64,000 bases of DNA from Carcharhinus amblyrhynchos (Eukaryota), in assembly GCA_965287045.1 (NCBI GenBank), contig OZ336890.1, positions 19,778,001 to 19,842,000 on the forward strand, given 5' to 3'. The position numbers and the translations under genes are program-made. Position 1 is the first letter of the stretch; each line of letters opens with the position of its first letter. Below are positions 1-13,300 of the stretch, piece after piece. The notes beneath the pieces are model-generated. The model made no database searches and was not told the origin of the DNA. It saw nothing but the letters and a program-made list of their open reading frames with translations.

Positions 1-647
1 GCAATTGCAAAGCTGCCCGGCTGTGAAATACTGGGCTGTGCAATGCAGGGACAGATTTGGCACAAAGCCTACCCATGAGCTTTGCAGACTGCCAGCTCCA
101 CACAAATGTGCAGCCAGTATATTTCATCGTCAAGTTTCTCCTACAAATCTGCTGCCATGCACATTATGGTTTTCCCTTCCACACCAATGGCGCATTTGTT
201 GTTGGACTGAACAGCAGTTTATTTTAAGCGACTTTCTCACCGTCCCTAGCTAGGTGGACTGCTCCAAGTGCAAGCGAAAACAGCCAGTGGAAGATGAATG
301 AGAACTGCTTTGGGTAATTCTCTCATAATGACATATGAGGCAAATGGTAGAGGTTTGATGCGTGCAGAAGACAATGGGTGCCAGTAAATGCCTTACCACT
401 CCAGCAGGCAGTGTGTCAAAATGCGAGTACATTTACCATTGCATGACCTCAATGTAGGAAACCTTTGGAGAATGACCAAAATCACAATAACTAAAGACAG
501 ATGTCTAATGTAATACACAATTATTGTCAAATATGCAAATAGGCTAGAAAGAATTATGCTGGGATGTTAAAGGGAAAAACATAGATTTCCTAATAAATAT
601 TCCAACATCCCTATTTTAGTACATGAAGTTTATCTACATATTTTAAT

Positions 648-912
648 TATTTGATTTCATTTGATTTATCGTCACATGTATACAGTGAAAAGTATTGTTT
701 CTTACTCGCTATACAGACAAAGCATTCCATTCATAGAGAAGGAAAGGTGAGAATGCAGAATATAGTGTTACTGTCATACCTAGGACGTAGAGAAAGATCA
801 ACTTAATGTGAAGTATTGGCCTGGGCCTCAGCTCCTCTCTCTGCGACTGGACCCTGAACTTCCTAACCCACAGACTACAATTAGTAAGGATAGGAAACAA
901 CACCTCCTCCAA
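648..912. mobile_element. Rex/Babar-type LINE fragment with inversion (3' end on -, RT piece on +)
   Basis: The + strand at ~820-912 reads LGLSSSLCDWTLNFLTHRLQLVRIGNNTSS (Rex1/Babar RT-like). A (GATTT)n-like tail and ACATGTGAC lie on the - strand at ~650-680. Confidence 0.65.
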
Positions 913-1447
913 CTATGTGTACAGTTTAAAGACTTCTAGTAGTATTGTTTAGAATAGAGTTAGCCAACAGGAAAAAGGCTCAGTGAAGCTTTAGTCATAA
1001 CTGTTTAACCTCCCAGATTAACCCTCAGAGAAATTGAGGATTTCTATTGCAAGAGTAATTTCTGATGTTAGATTTACAAATCGCATTGGAAGTGCATAAC
1101 TACCTTTTGATTGTGCCATTTCAAAGTGGTTTCCCACACCCTAGACATTGGAGCTAAGTTATTAACTAAGATGTTCAACAGTGTCACATGGAAGCCAAAA
1201 GAATATAATAAAGGGGAGAGTCCTACGGCATTGTGAAGCTTTTACATATGCCATATTGTCCATCATTATTAAAAAAAACTTAATGCTGAAGAAGTCAACA
1301 TTTTTAAAAACTATCTTTTTCTAAGGATGAGGAAAGTGTAGGTCCGATTTTTCAAGAGTTCCCTACTGCTGAAAGGAATTGCTTGGAAATTCCCGCACAT
1401 TGGGAAATTGCCCATGTTTGCCCAACCATTAAAATCATTGGATGGTA

Positions 1448-1965
1448 AACATAAGAACATAAGAAATAGGAGCAGGAGTAGGCCATCTAGCCCCTCGAGC
1501 CTGCCCCGCCATTCAATAAGATCATGGCCAATCTGTCGTGGCTCAGTTCCACATTCCCGCCCTCTCCCCATAACCCTTAATCCCCTTGCCTATCAAAAAC
1601 CTATCAACCCGCGTCTTAAAAATATTGAGCGAGGCAGCCTCCACCACCTCATCGGGCAGAGAATTCCAGAGATTCACCACCCTTTGAGTGAAGAAGTTCC
1701 TCCTCAACTCCCTTCTAAACCACCCCCCTTTATCTTGAGGTTGTGCCCTCTAGTCCTACTGTCCTTTCTGAGCGGGAAGAGCCTCTCCACCTCTATCCTA
1801 TCCATCCCATTCATCATCTTATACGTCTCAATGAGATCTCCCCTCATTCTTCTGAACTCTAACGAGTACAAGCCTAGTTTATTCAGCCTCTCCTCATAGT
1901 TCAACCCCCTCAACTCCGGAATCAGCCTAGTAAACTTCCTCTGCACTCCCTCCAAGGCCAAAATA
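1448..1965 (-). mobile_element. Young CR1 LINE, 5'-truncated 3' end
   Basis: ORF 1704..2057(-) contains LEGVQRKFTRLIPELRGLNYEERLNKLGLYSLEFRRMRGDLIETYK (CR1 ORF2 C-terminus); (ATGTTCTT)n tail at 1448-1465. Confidence 0.92.
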
Positions 1966-2024
1966 AACTTTGGTAACACTCCAGTGATTTCTTTGATACG
2001 CATGACTGAGAGACAAAACTCCAT

Positions 2025-2250
2025 GCAGCCTGGACACCATACTCTGAAATTCTTCACCTAAACTCCTTCACCTCTCTGTGCCCCTCTCTTCCTTTCAGCC
2101 TCTCCTGAAAACTCCTCCAACACCTGCTCTACAACCAAACTTTTGGAAAGCTCCCTAAAATCTCATTTTCTTTAAAAAAAGAAATTTCTGATAATGCTTT
2201 TGTAAAGCACCTTCAAACATCTTTCTACAATGAAGTTGCTTTCTCAAGGA
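2025..2250 (+). mobile_element. Degenerate L2-type LINE 3' end
   Basis: cctaaactccttcacctctct ... tgtaaagcaccttcaaacatctttctacaatgaagttgct resembles a shark L2 3' tail. Confidence 0.45.
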
Positions 2251-5029
2251 AAGAGTTGTGATGATTTTGTGAGGTTGCAATGTGAACCAATTCAACTGTA
2301 AAATATATCACTTCTGGGAAATTTAGAAGGAATATCCATTCAGCACAAACTTAGATTCAGTGACAATGATAAGCATGATTGTTGATTGCATGAAGGCAGA
2401 GAGAAATGTGGCATACACATATCCATATCAAATTAACTGTAAAGAGCCAGTACTCCAGGAGTCATCGTGGGATTCTACAGCTGGAGACATATCTGCAGGA
2501 AATTATCTGATTCAAAGACAACTAACTTACAGGGACAGCCATATATATAGGAAATATATAAGTGAATCAGAGTAAGTTACAGCTTGCAAAAGTTAAGTGA
2601 AATGGACTAGTTAGTGTATTGTCAGCAATTGCGGTGATCGGTAGCTGAGAGTCTCCAGATACAGAGCAATATATTAAGATATAACAATTAGGACTAGAAT
2701 GGAATGCTTTCTTACGAATTAGCATCAGATCATCTGGAAACCAGGAGGGTAGTGTGAAAGGAAAACAAGATTTTCTGCAACAAAAATCTAAAGGTGGTAA
2801 GAAAACGAAGTCAATCAAGGCAACGTGTGAAGAATGACCAAAGAATAATAAATAACTATTTATGATAGACATGCACAGGATTGAGAGATGATTCACATTT
2901 CTTCTGATGCAGTGGTGTATTAGCTGGGAGGTCTTGCGTCACAGTGGTGTTGTTGATACCCATAGGCCGGAGGCATGAGGTTCAAGAGCAAATCCGGGAC
3001 GTGATGGCCCCAGAAAGTAAAAGTTCAAAATGCGAGTCAAACAAGTAGATTGTCAATTTATAAATCCATCCAGTACACCCAAAGACAAGTAGTAAGAGTG
3101 AGAGAGTTTACTGCATGGTCAGTCATACTATCGGATGCAACAGCAAACCACTGCAGTATTTCACCAGCATAATCATGAACAAATCCAATAGAAGTCCTTA
3201 TGTTCACCAACATCCCCTGAGGACATGGTACCCGAAGAAGCCAAACATACTCATGCATTAGCTCCACTTAGTCATGTTAACATGATGCTCATCTAACAGG
3301 GTACAGCATTATAGAAACTCTACCTAACCTTATTACAGGACCGGTGTGAATGATGAGGAAAAGCAGTTTGTGATCTCCCCAAAGAGTTCTCTGTTTGTCA
3401 GTTATTTTGGTACCAATCTCAAGAGCACTGCATGGAATCAGTTATACAACCTTTGGCCTATCAAGTTCTCGCTAGACCTCTACAAGAATAAATTAGGTAG
3501 TTCCACTTCCCTGTCCTTTCCCCATGTATTAATCAATCAGACATCTCACTATCTCTTTAATCTTTAATAATGTATTATGTGAGAAGATTGTGAGTATCCT
3601 AAACTCAACATAAGGTGTCAGACAATCTTGCTAAGTGAACTGAGCGCAGATCCATTAATTATCTTGCTACAATTGCATTGTAAGTAATGACAGTCAGCAT
3701 TTGCCATCATTGCTTCTCTAAAACAGATGGTAACTTCTAGAACCTACACATATGCAGAAATCCTGAAGTCGGTGGTTCTACTTCTCTCCATATGATCTCC
3801 GGTTGAATTCTCCAATCTTTAGGGTTCACTGTTCTGACTTTCTACTTTTATGCTGTTGGTATCTCTGTATGGGGCGCAATTGGGTTTTTAATGACGCACT
3901 AAGTTTATAATTAGTGCTGAGCAACAGGATGAATTTGATCGTGGGAAGTGGAAATGGTGGGGGTAGAATGGCAAATTGCTTGACTCAGGACTCAGGACAG
4001 TGAGTTGCAAACCAATTGCCATTAAAAAGGCTTTCCCCGCAGCGATAACACACTGAAAATGATCTTAACAAGCTCAGCATGGTACTTCCACTTCTCAGTG
4101 GATGCAAGTCCTGTCCATGAGAACTACTGGCTAAGACTGCAAAAAGTCCCAAAAATCCCACAAAGAAGCCAGCATGGATATTGAACTGGGATTCTTGGAT
4201 GGGAGGGAGGGTAGGAGGGGGTGATCAGGCACTTCAGGTAGGGGTCAAAAGAGAATGAAAAGAAAGCTGACAGGATGACACAAGGAAGAAATACTATCAT
4301 GGGGATGGGGGTATTCCTGATGCACAAAGGACATCGCCCCAAAGAAGGTTCCCCCCTTCCCATTTTTTCACCAGAGTTAATGAAATTGCAGCCTGCCCAC
4401 CCTTATCTGCCTTTCAATACCAACCGTGTTATGATAGCTGGGGCAGAATTAAGCCAGTAATTGCCCTGGATTGGATAATATGGGACATCACTAAGCCTAA
4501 TAGTGGGCGACTAGTGGGTGCCTTAACCACTCATGTTATGTTACCCCTGAAGGCAGGCTGTAACATTTAGTGAAATTCATCTATGGCCCTGGAAAACTAA
4601 GTTTTTATTTGTGGATTGTTCAATTTCTCTATTATGATAAAAAAGCCTTCAGATATTGAAAAAAAAATTGAACACTTCTTTATTGCATTCCAACTTCCAT
4701 CATAGAACCATATGTATATCCAAAATATTTAATTCCATCTCTGTATGATTTAATTAGAAGTATAATAGGTGCATTTTATTTCTGGTTTGCGATCCATGAG
4801 AAGACTTCAATGTGATTGGCTGTTTCCTCTGCTGATGACATCGCTGTTGCTGCGTACCTGGAGATTGTGGTTACCATGTGCCAGATTCAGATAATCCCTG
4901 AGCTCAAAATCTGGGCCAGCAAATCAAGAAATGATCACTTAGAAGCCAAGAAAAGCTGAAGAATGACTATATTTATCAATCTGTACCATTGAAAATCACA
5001 ATGAGAATTCTATGTATTTGACATGCCAG

Positions 5030-5112
5030 TAAAACAGTATGGATGCTGGAAATTCAAAATATAAGCAGAAAATTCTGGAAATGCTCCAAAGCTCTGCCAG
5101 CATCTGTGGAGA
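5030..5112 (-). mobile_element. Penelope-like element terminus, family B (degenerate, no ribozyme core left)
   Basis: ggatgctggaaattcaaaatataagcagaaaattctggaaatgctc...gcatctgtggaga matches the copies at 41474 and 57220. Confidence 0.65.
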
Positions 5113-5123
5113 AACCGGATTAA

Positions 5124-5872
5124 CGGGCAGGATGTTCTGTGCAACCGGCCTCATGTTTTGTGGTGGTTGAAGTGGCTTGCCATTGGTTGACCATGATATC
5201 TTCTGGTGCTGCCACTGTCAATGGGGCTTCCTGTTAAATGCACCCATCACTGCTGGGAAATCTGAGATGGGGGTAAGCTATAGGTGGGACTGGAAGATCC
5301 TGCCAGCACAAATAGCTGGAAAATTCCAGCCAACATTTCCAAAAGGTTACAGACTTGAAACATTGGCTGAGATTTTTCAGTCCTTCCTACCAACAGGATT
5401 TACCAGCCCCACCGAAGTCAATGGAGTTTTGGCTAGCTCAACACATCTGCGTTGGGGCAACCTGGTGCAATGGGCCAGAAAATTCTTCCTCCGCACAGTT
5501 AGACCTGTTGAATATTTTGAGTGTTTTGCTGTTTTTTATTCAAATTTTCTGATTCCAGTGTTTGAAAAGAAAGCGCAATTTTTCTTGGATCATGATAGGC
5601 ATTAAACAGACTTGACTATAACCAACAGCCTTTGGAAAAGGAATAAAAGTCCAGGAAAAAATACAAAGCCAACATTTTCTCTATCATTGGGAGAAAGGTT
5701 ATTTAACACAGTTAAAAGATTTTGAGTACATATCAGGCCAGATTCACCAACCTCGCTGGCAGCTGTGATTCTCCAGTCCTGCTGCTGTGAGTGAAGATTC
5801 AGCTGAACGTCAAATTCTCTATTCCCAGTGGCATCCATGGTGGGGTGTAAATGATCAGAGAATTCGGCCCTC
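5124..5872. mobile_element. Cluster of three short MITE-like elements (~5124-5330, ~5363-5490, ~5736-5870)
   Basis: Imperfect terminal inverted repeats of the GGGCAGGAT.../...AAATTCCAGCC and GGCCAGATTC.../...GAATTCGGCCC type; non-coding interior. Confidence 0.55.
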
Positions 5873-6229
5873 ATCAACGTTCATTCTCATTGTATTATAT
5901 GTATATGTGTGAGGAAAGGGGAGAGGTATTGTAGTAATCTCCTTAATAACTGAAATGTGGGATAAGAACAGAGAGGGTGGGGGTTATTTGGAAGCCAGAA
6001 GCAATGTGTGCTGCATGTAGCATAACCAGGAGAATGTGAAATGCAGGAAAAGTCTGCAAAATCAGAGAGAAATTAAAAATGGGTGAAACTTCTCAGTAAA
6101 AATCATCACAAACACAAAGTCAAATTTCAAGGCTCAAAGGTTCACTGCTGGCAAGGCACTGACAATCAAATAAGTTTATGTAAAATGCGCTGCAGTCTAA
6201 AATGTGCAAAACAAAATGTGTACATACCC

Positions 6230-6475
6230 TCAGGGCCAGACTCCTGATATCGACCTCCTAGACCATCAGTTCCCATTCCTTTTCACCTGTGAGTCTAGAA
6301 AGCTTCCTAGTCCCCTTTGAAAACTTGATACTTTTTCCTTCTCTTGCACTTGAGCCTCCAGTACTATACCCCTGGGGAGCTAGGTACCCTCCTTCTGTCC
6401 TGTTGCTCCATTGCTTTAGTTTCTATCCATTCAAGAAGCTCTTCCCCACCCATTTCCAATACTCGCTCCAGCCAA
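6230..6475 (-). mobile_element. PIF/Harbinger Myb/SANT gene 5' relic
   Basis: Clearly homologous to 7880-8125 (shared gagcctccagtactataccc and ttgctccattgcttta...caagaagct). Confidence 0.55.
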
Positions 6476-7099
6476 TATGCACTTCATCTTTAAGAAGTTT
6501 CACCTTACAAACCATAAATAGAGTCTAGGTTGGGAATGGAACTTTGCATGTCCAACTCTCAGAACCTTCTAACTGATAATGGAAGAAATCAACTGGACAT
6601 CTGTACAATTGGTAGGCGAGTTGGAGGACAGAAATCAAATACTTGCTTTTTTATTTACAATTGCATTTCTTATCTGTGGCATTACTTTTGCTAATGTGAC
6701 TTAATAGCTGCAAAAGATTGGCCATTTGACACCATTAGTTTCAGCACTATGGGAGGTAAAAGATGAAAGTACGGCAAGGTTTCAGCCTCTGGTGACTTCC
6801 AACGTTAAATGCCGTGTTTTGAAGGGCAGCAGCTTGGTAATAAATGCTGGCCTGACCAGCATTGCCCGTATCTCATGAATAGATATAGAAAAGACATCCT
6901 GTATGTACACATGGAGTGGGCAGATCGTGATGCACCTTTGCAGGTCCTGTTAATGCCCTCTCTTAAACCCACCACTGAGCATGCATTCTGCATGACAGGT
7001 CTCTAAGTATCTCTGTTTGAAGGTATCACATCGCAACTCTCAGGCACTTCTGATTTTCTTTTGCTTATGCAGTGTTGTTAACATGTGTTGTTGGAGAAG

Positions 7100-8130
7100 T
7101 TAACAGATGCTTTTTCAGCTTGGGAAGAGTGGTGCACTATTCTGTTAATGTTCGTGGTCAATGATACTGCTTACCCATCTGAACACGTGGTCAGTGCTCC
7201 TACAATGATAGTCATGCTGCAACTAGGAGCATTAAGGAGTCGGCTGTCACTGTCCTGAACAATGGCTTCACAGCAAGAACTACTTGGGGGGGAGTCTCTA
7301 GTACCCCAAAATTGTAAATTTTAATTTCTAATCAACTACTGTGTTGTCCACAAATTGACCATCATCAGTGTCCATACCTTTCATGACCAGTTCAGGAGGA
7401 GAAGGAGGAAGAGGAGGAGAAAGACAAGGAAGAGGGAAGGGATATCAACACTCCAGACAATCTATGAGTGTCTCAACAGACTCTGGTTACCCTGAAAAAT
7501 ATCACATTATTGCTCCCTCCTACTAAGTGCCATCTTGTCAAGAGAGAGAGAAGAGCATCAGTGAGTATGTTGCAATGCTTCGGGATGGTCTGTATATCAT
7601 AGTTGAATAGCTGGCAGTGTGCCAAAGCAGTGTCATGTGATTGTGAGGATTGGAACAGTGGTAAGTGAGTGAGGAACACACGATTGCGAGGTATGAGTGC
7701 TAATTGCAAGAGATTGTTGATGGGTTAATGATGGGGGTTTGAGATATTGAGCAGTGTATGAGGTTGGTGGTGTGGACTATGCAGTTGATAAGAATGGCAT
7801 TCGAAGATGCATTCACTGACCTTGATCCTTTGTGTGTGAACATTGAACCTTTTTGGCATGATATCCAGCTTCTCTGGGCCGAACTCCTGACATTGACCTC
7901 CTTAGCTATCAACTCCCATTCCATTTCGTGTGTAAGTTTCGTGGTACTCTGTGAAAAGATTATCTTTTTACTATGTCATGCACTAGAGCCTCCAGTACTA
8001 TACCCGAGGACCTTGGTACTCTCACTCTACCCTGCTGCTCCATTGCTTTAATTTCTGTCCACTCAAGAAGCTCTTCCCCATCCACTTCCGATACTTGCTG
8101 CTGGCAAAATGCATGTCATCTTTAAAACAT
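7100..8130. mobile_element. Decayed PIF/Harbinger element: transposase C-terminal relic (+, ~7200-7450) convergent with Myb/SANT relic (-, ~7700-8045)
   Basis: ORF 7700..7924(-) WELIAKEVNVRSSAQRSWISCQK is SANT-like. On the + strand, GGSL*YPKIV...CVVHKLTI followed by an acidic GAG-rich tract resembles the HARBI1-type C-terminus. Confidence 0.55.
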
Positions 8131-8292
8131 GCTGGCCAACTTTAACAGCTTTAACAGCCTTGCACAAATCTGGGCTCCTAGCTGAACAGCTGCATGGTTA
8201 GCATTTGGTCTTGAGGGAAAAGGGCTGACTGTTGTGACTGAAATCTGTCGTCAATTGCATAGTCAATGTTGAGTTAATTTGTGATTCTGATC

Positions 8293-8384
8293 TTAAGTTT
8301 ATTTGTTAGTGTCACAAGCAGGCTTACATTAACACTGCAATGAAGTTACTGTGAAAATCCCCTAGTCACCACACTCCGGCACCT
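8293..8384 (-). mobile_element. SINE tail fragment (alternative-tail V-SINE variant)
   Basis: Reverse complement of the 29860-29957 tail (gactaggggattttcacagtaacttcattgcagtgttaatgtaagcc..cttgtgacactaa). Confidence 0.8.
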
Positions 8385-9643
8385 GATTAGGAATGGAGGG
8401 TACTTGAAGAGAACAAATAGAGGCAACGAATGCTTGATTCTTTGTAGAATCCAATGGAGACTGAAGTTGCGGTAGTTGCTGTCAAGTTTTTTGCAGGAAG
8501 AGTTTTCAACTTGCAATTTGTTGAAACATATTCATTTCCAGGACATGGCATTATCAATCGGTGTCTATCATGATCAGGAATCGTTTCCTCACACATTATA
8601 TCACCGAAGTTGAAACAATTCTGTTACCTGCTGTCAGATGGGAGTTGCGGCCCTCCTCTTTCAGCCTTACGTCCACATGGCTCTATTCTGTTGCTGATTG
8701 GCCATCTGTTTAACAAAATGGAACTTAACAAATAAATCTATGCAGAGATGCAGACCGAATCAATTGGGTTTTTCCTAGGAGTCTCCCTTACTGCACAACA
8801 TGTTAGACCTTTGTTAAATTTCAATTCTCATTGAACTGTTAAAATGAATGATTTTAACATGACGTGAGCTGGAAAAAAACCCCTTCATATCTAGTAGACT
8901 AATGGAAGATAGACCGCAGGAAAGGTGTGACAGTACTGACTATTATTCGACCTGCCTACAGCAATCTTGTCTTACTGCAAAGAATATGTTTGATAGGATT
9001 ATATTTTAAGGCACTCTTACACACTTTCCAATGTCACAATTCACAACTCACAGAATTTAGTGGAGCACAGAGCTCTCTGTAATCTTAGGGTGAGTTGGAC
9101 TCAACAGCACAATGTTACTTTATGGGCATATCCTCTCCCAACTGCACACAGCTCATGCAGAGAGTAACTATATCCTTGAGAATGACCTCAATCAAAGAGA
9201 GGATCAATTACTAGAACAAACAGGAGTTGCGACAGCAATTTGATAAGGTGCTTTTCTCAAAGTAAAATAATCAATTCTTTTCTTATGGTGCAATTATATG
9301 ACATTTAAACCTGATGTAGAATATCTGCACTACAACAGCAAGATTTACTCAGATGCACCGAATATCAATGTCATACATTTATTAATTTCAAAGGTATGCT
9401 AAATAATTCTATTTATTCTTATTTATAGCATAAACCCCTCTGTATCAACAATGATTAACTGAGTAATCAAATTAATGAGGTTATTTAAAAGAAAAAACAT
9501 TGTATTAAACCCACTGTATTGTATTATACAAAACATATATTTAGTGTGCTTGGCTCCAAAACTGCAGCTTGATTAGTGTGATCAGCTACTCTATCATTTA
9601 CATCCATCTCACAAAAAGTTAAATAAAAATTTCCAACAAATCT

Positions 9644-9975
9644 ATAGAATCTCTACAGTGCAGAAGGACGCCATTGGGCCCATCGAGTCTACACTAACTC
9701 TCCAAAAGAGCATCTCACCCAGGCCCACCTTACTATCATATCCCCATGACGCCGCACATTTACCATGGCTATTCCGCCTAACATACATATCTTTGGACTA
9801 TGGGAGGAAACCAGAGCACCCAAAGGAAGCCAACACAGCCATGGGGAGAACGTGCAAACTCCACATCTGAACATCTCCACATCTGTGATTCCACGCAGTC
9901 ACCCAAGGCCAGAATCAAAACCGAGTCCCTGGCACTATTAGGCACCAATGCTAATGACTTTGCCACCATGCTGTC
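9644..9975 (-). mobile_element. HE1/V-SINE-type tRNA-derived SINE
   Basis: tRNA-like head, conserved gtggagtttgcacgttctcccc...tttcctccca core, CR1-like tail ending (CTATGATT). Confidence 0.88.
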
Positions 9976-11167
9976 TATTTGTTATTCAAGTTTTATAGTG
10001 AAATGCAATTCTCAGAAAGAACACTTAAATAAAATGAAAGAATAACTTGTCTATTCTCATGAAATGTCCACATCAAAATTTTAACTACCCTTTTCCTTTT
10101 CAGATGTAAATGGGTGCATTTTTTATTTCAGATTTCCATTTGCAGCTTTTCAATTTTCTATTCTTTCTAATTATATCTCCAATTTAACTTCTAAATAATT
10201 TTTTATCCAGGTGACAAAGCAGAATATGGGAACAGCAGTACAAAGTGGTTGAGGAACAAAGTTATTATTTCAATTAATGAAAACATAACTTGGCCACTAC
10301 ATCGAAACAAGTGTTCCCAAAGGTGATCTCATTAAGAAGAATACACTGTGTTATGTGGTTCGTGTGTATTGTAATGTATTTGTAATGGTTCACTGAATCT
10401 CAAGGGGATAACTAATGTTTTACTGTATGAACTTTTTAAAAGCATTATGAATCATATTTATGCTTATTCTTGAAAGACTCCCCCTCCCCACCTTTCCTTG
10501 TTGGGATTATTCCAGAATCCGCTGGCATTAGGATTTTTATGTATAGTGTTTCTGAGCCTGTTGGTTTAGGCGTGCCTCAAAAAATGATAAGATCTTCTCA
10601 TGTAATCAAATGTCATTATATATCAGACAAACTTGAATTATGGATTTGTAGCATGTTCAAAGTTAAATTTGAGAGTTAATTTGAGTTTTTCATTAAGGAC
10701 AGAATTAGGTCAAGGAATTAAGGCATAGCATTAATTTGAGAGAAAATATTTATTTCAAGGTTTCTAACTACTTAGTTTATCGGTTAATTGAAAAGTAATA
10801 TAAATGACCTTCATTAAAATGGAAGAAGCTCGTGCTGGTAGATAATCCTGATAAACAAGGTAAGCAAAAAAATTATCTCTGTGAGCATTTGGACTAGGCT
10901 ATTACTCTAGTCAGCTATGAACAGCTGGAATAGGAGCAATCTTCAGTCATAAATACACAAGCTTAGAATGACTAGTCCTGTGTTTCTTAGATTTTATATT
11001 TCGTTCTAGATATTCCAATAGTCAAGCGCTTGTTGAAGCTTTCCACTGAAGGATATCAGGTCAAGAGCATACAGTTCCAACTTCTGAGAGAACACTTATT
11101 CATTCTCACTAAAGAGAGTGCCAAATTCCAGCTGCACAATTACTACTAGATTGCCAGGTACTATATG

Positions 11168-11464
11168 GAATCATAGAATGGAATCCTAGAATCCCAACAG
11201 TGCAGAAGGAGCCATCAGCCCATCAAGTTTTCACTGACCACAATCCCATGCTTGTTCTATTTCCATAACCCCACATATTTACCATGTTAACCCCCTGACA
11301 CTAGGATCAATTTAGCATGACCATGGTCTTTGTATTGTGGGAGGAAACCAGACACGGGGAGAATATGCAAACTCCACATAGACAGTGACCTGAGGCTGGG
11401 ATTGAACCTGGGTCCCTGGCACTGCTAGGCAGCAGTGCTAATCACTCTGCCACCATGCCATCCC
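11168..11464 (-). mobile_element. HE1/V-SINE-type SINE
   Basis: Same head, core and tail as the other copies; internal deletions. Confidence 0.88.
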
Positions 11465-11541
11465 ATATATGCATGTTTGTCACCTGGTGATATAGGAATT
11501 GTCGCAGTGGACTATCCTAGGTTACATAAGAACATAAGAAA

Positions 11542-11751
11542 CAGTAAGAAGTCTCACAAAACCAGGTTCAAATCCAACAGGTTTATTTGGAATAATGAGC
11601 TTTCAAAGCGCTACTTCTTCATCAGTTGAGTCACCTGATGAAGGAACAGTGCTCCGAAGGCTCGTGATTCCAAATAAACCTTTTGGATTTTAATCTGGTG
11701 TTGTGAGACTTCTTACTGTGACTACCCAGCCGAACGCTGGCATCTCCACAT
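11542..11751 (+). mobile_element. Palindromic Penelope-like mini-insertion (family A) nested in a CR1 tail
   Basis: Inverted arms cagtaagaagtctcacaa.../...ttgtgagacttcttactg plus a ~33-nt unpaired 3' tail; hammerhead-like core at 11631-11667; flanking direct repeat CATAAGAAA (11533-11541, 11752-11760). Confidence 0.85.
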
Positions 11752-12572
11752 CATAAGAAATAGGAACAGGAATAGGCCATTCAGCTCATTGAGTCTGTTC
11801 TATCATTCAATATGATCTAAGCTGATCTTCTGTCTCAGCATCACCTTCCTGCACTATTACTTTATCTCTTAATATCCTTCATATGCAAAAATCTATTGAT
11901 TTCTGTCTTGAATATACTTAATGACTGAGTATTCACAGCCTTCTCAGGCAGAAAATTCCAAAGATCCACAACTGAATGAAGAAATTTCTTCTCACCCCGG
12001 TTCTAAAGGGCTGACACCTTATTATAAGAATATGGCCTCTACTTCTAAATTGTCCATCCATGGGAAACATCCTTGCAGCATTGACCCAATCAAGCTACAT
12101 AAGAATTTTATATGTTTCAATGAGACTTCCTCTCATTCTTCCAAACGCTAGAGAGTGTAGGTCTGTGCTGGAATTCTCCAGCTGTTCTCGCCGGCAGGAC
12201 CTTTTAATCCCCACCACAAGCGCATCCTTCCTCCCCCCATGCATTTCATGGCAGCATGGAGTGCACTCAATGGGAAATCTCATTGACAGCAGCAGGACCA
12301 GACGATCCCGCCACCAGCAAAGGGCGCTGCTGTGAGAAACATACCACGGGGAGGCCAACAAATCTCCCCCATCCCCCGTGAATCTGCTCAACTTCTCCTC
12401 AGTGCATAATCCCTTTATTCCAGGGAGCAGCCTGGTGAATCTTTACTGCACTCCCTTCAGCACAAGTATGTCCTTCCATCCACTGGCTCCCTCTTATTTA
12501 CTTGTCTAGTTAGATCCTCAAAGAACAATTGTCAAACATGAGTCCCCTTTCATAAGCCTACATTGGCTGTAC
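11752..12572 (-). mobile_element. Older CR1 LINE 3' portion, interrupted by a MITE (~12165-12375)
   Basis: ORF 12095..12391(-) ends LHSLAFGRMRGSLIETYKILM; the tail cataagaacataagaaa is split by the insertion above. Confidence 0.8.
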
Positions 12573-12574
12573 CT

Positions 12575-12895
12575 AATCATAGAATCTCTACAGTGCACAA
12601 GCCCATCAAGTCTGCACCAACTCTCCAAAAGTGTATCTTACCCAAGCCCTTTCCCCCACCTCATCCCTGGAAGCCCTCATATTTCCATGGCTAATCCATT
12701 TAACCTACACACCTTAGGACATCAAGGGGCAATTTAGCATGGCCAATCCACCTAACTTGCGTATCTTTGAACCGTGGGAGGAAATCGGAACACAAGAGAA
12801 AACTCACTCAGACATAGGGAGAACGTACAAACTCCACACAGACAGTCATTCAAGGCCAGAATTAAACCCAGGTCCCTGATTATGTGAGGCAGCAA
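12575..12895 (-). mobile_element. HE1/V-SINE-type SINE
   Basis: Core and tail match the other copies. Confidence 0.87.
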
Positions 12896-12959
12896 TTTGA
12901 GATGGAAAGACTGTTCATTTTAAAACTCATATTTCAGGCTTGAATGCCAGGATATTGAA

Positions 12960-13300
12960 TAACGTGGCTTAGACTGAGAGGATCATGAGAAGGGGGTGGA
13001 GTAATTGGCTTCAGTCTTTTCTTATGTTGAGCTGGAGTTGAAGTTGTGGTTCATCCAACATGATATTGGACGGGCAAAATGATTGCACAGAGGCAGCAAA
13101 GAGATCATGGGAAGTGGCAGAGAGGTAGTGATGAGTATCAGTGGTATATCTGTCAAAGGTAACCCAGTGTTCATGAATAATATCATGGAGAGATGATATG
13201 TACACAAGGAGAACAATGCTGCCAAGGATGGTGGATCCTGAAAGGTGATAGTTTGAGAAGGAAGAGATTGCCAGATTCAAGCACATTTTTAAATTGAGAC
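12960..13300 (-). mobile_element. L2 LINE reverse-transcriptase relic
   Basis: ORF 13011..13337(-) GSTILGSIVLLVYISSLHDIIHEHWVTFDRYTTDTHHYLS is a degenerate form of the L2 motif QGSILGPLLFxIYxxPLGDIIxxHGxxFHxYADDTQLYLS. Confidence 0.75.

Noticed and set aside
10195-10330. Splice-acceptor-like ttttatccAG at 10210 suggesting an orphan exon
   Set aside because: No sustained ORF or partner exon; such motifs are frequent in AT-rich DNA.
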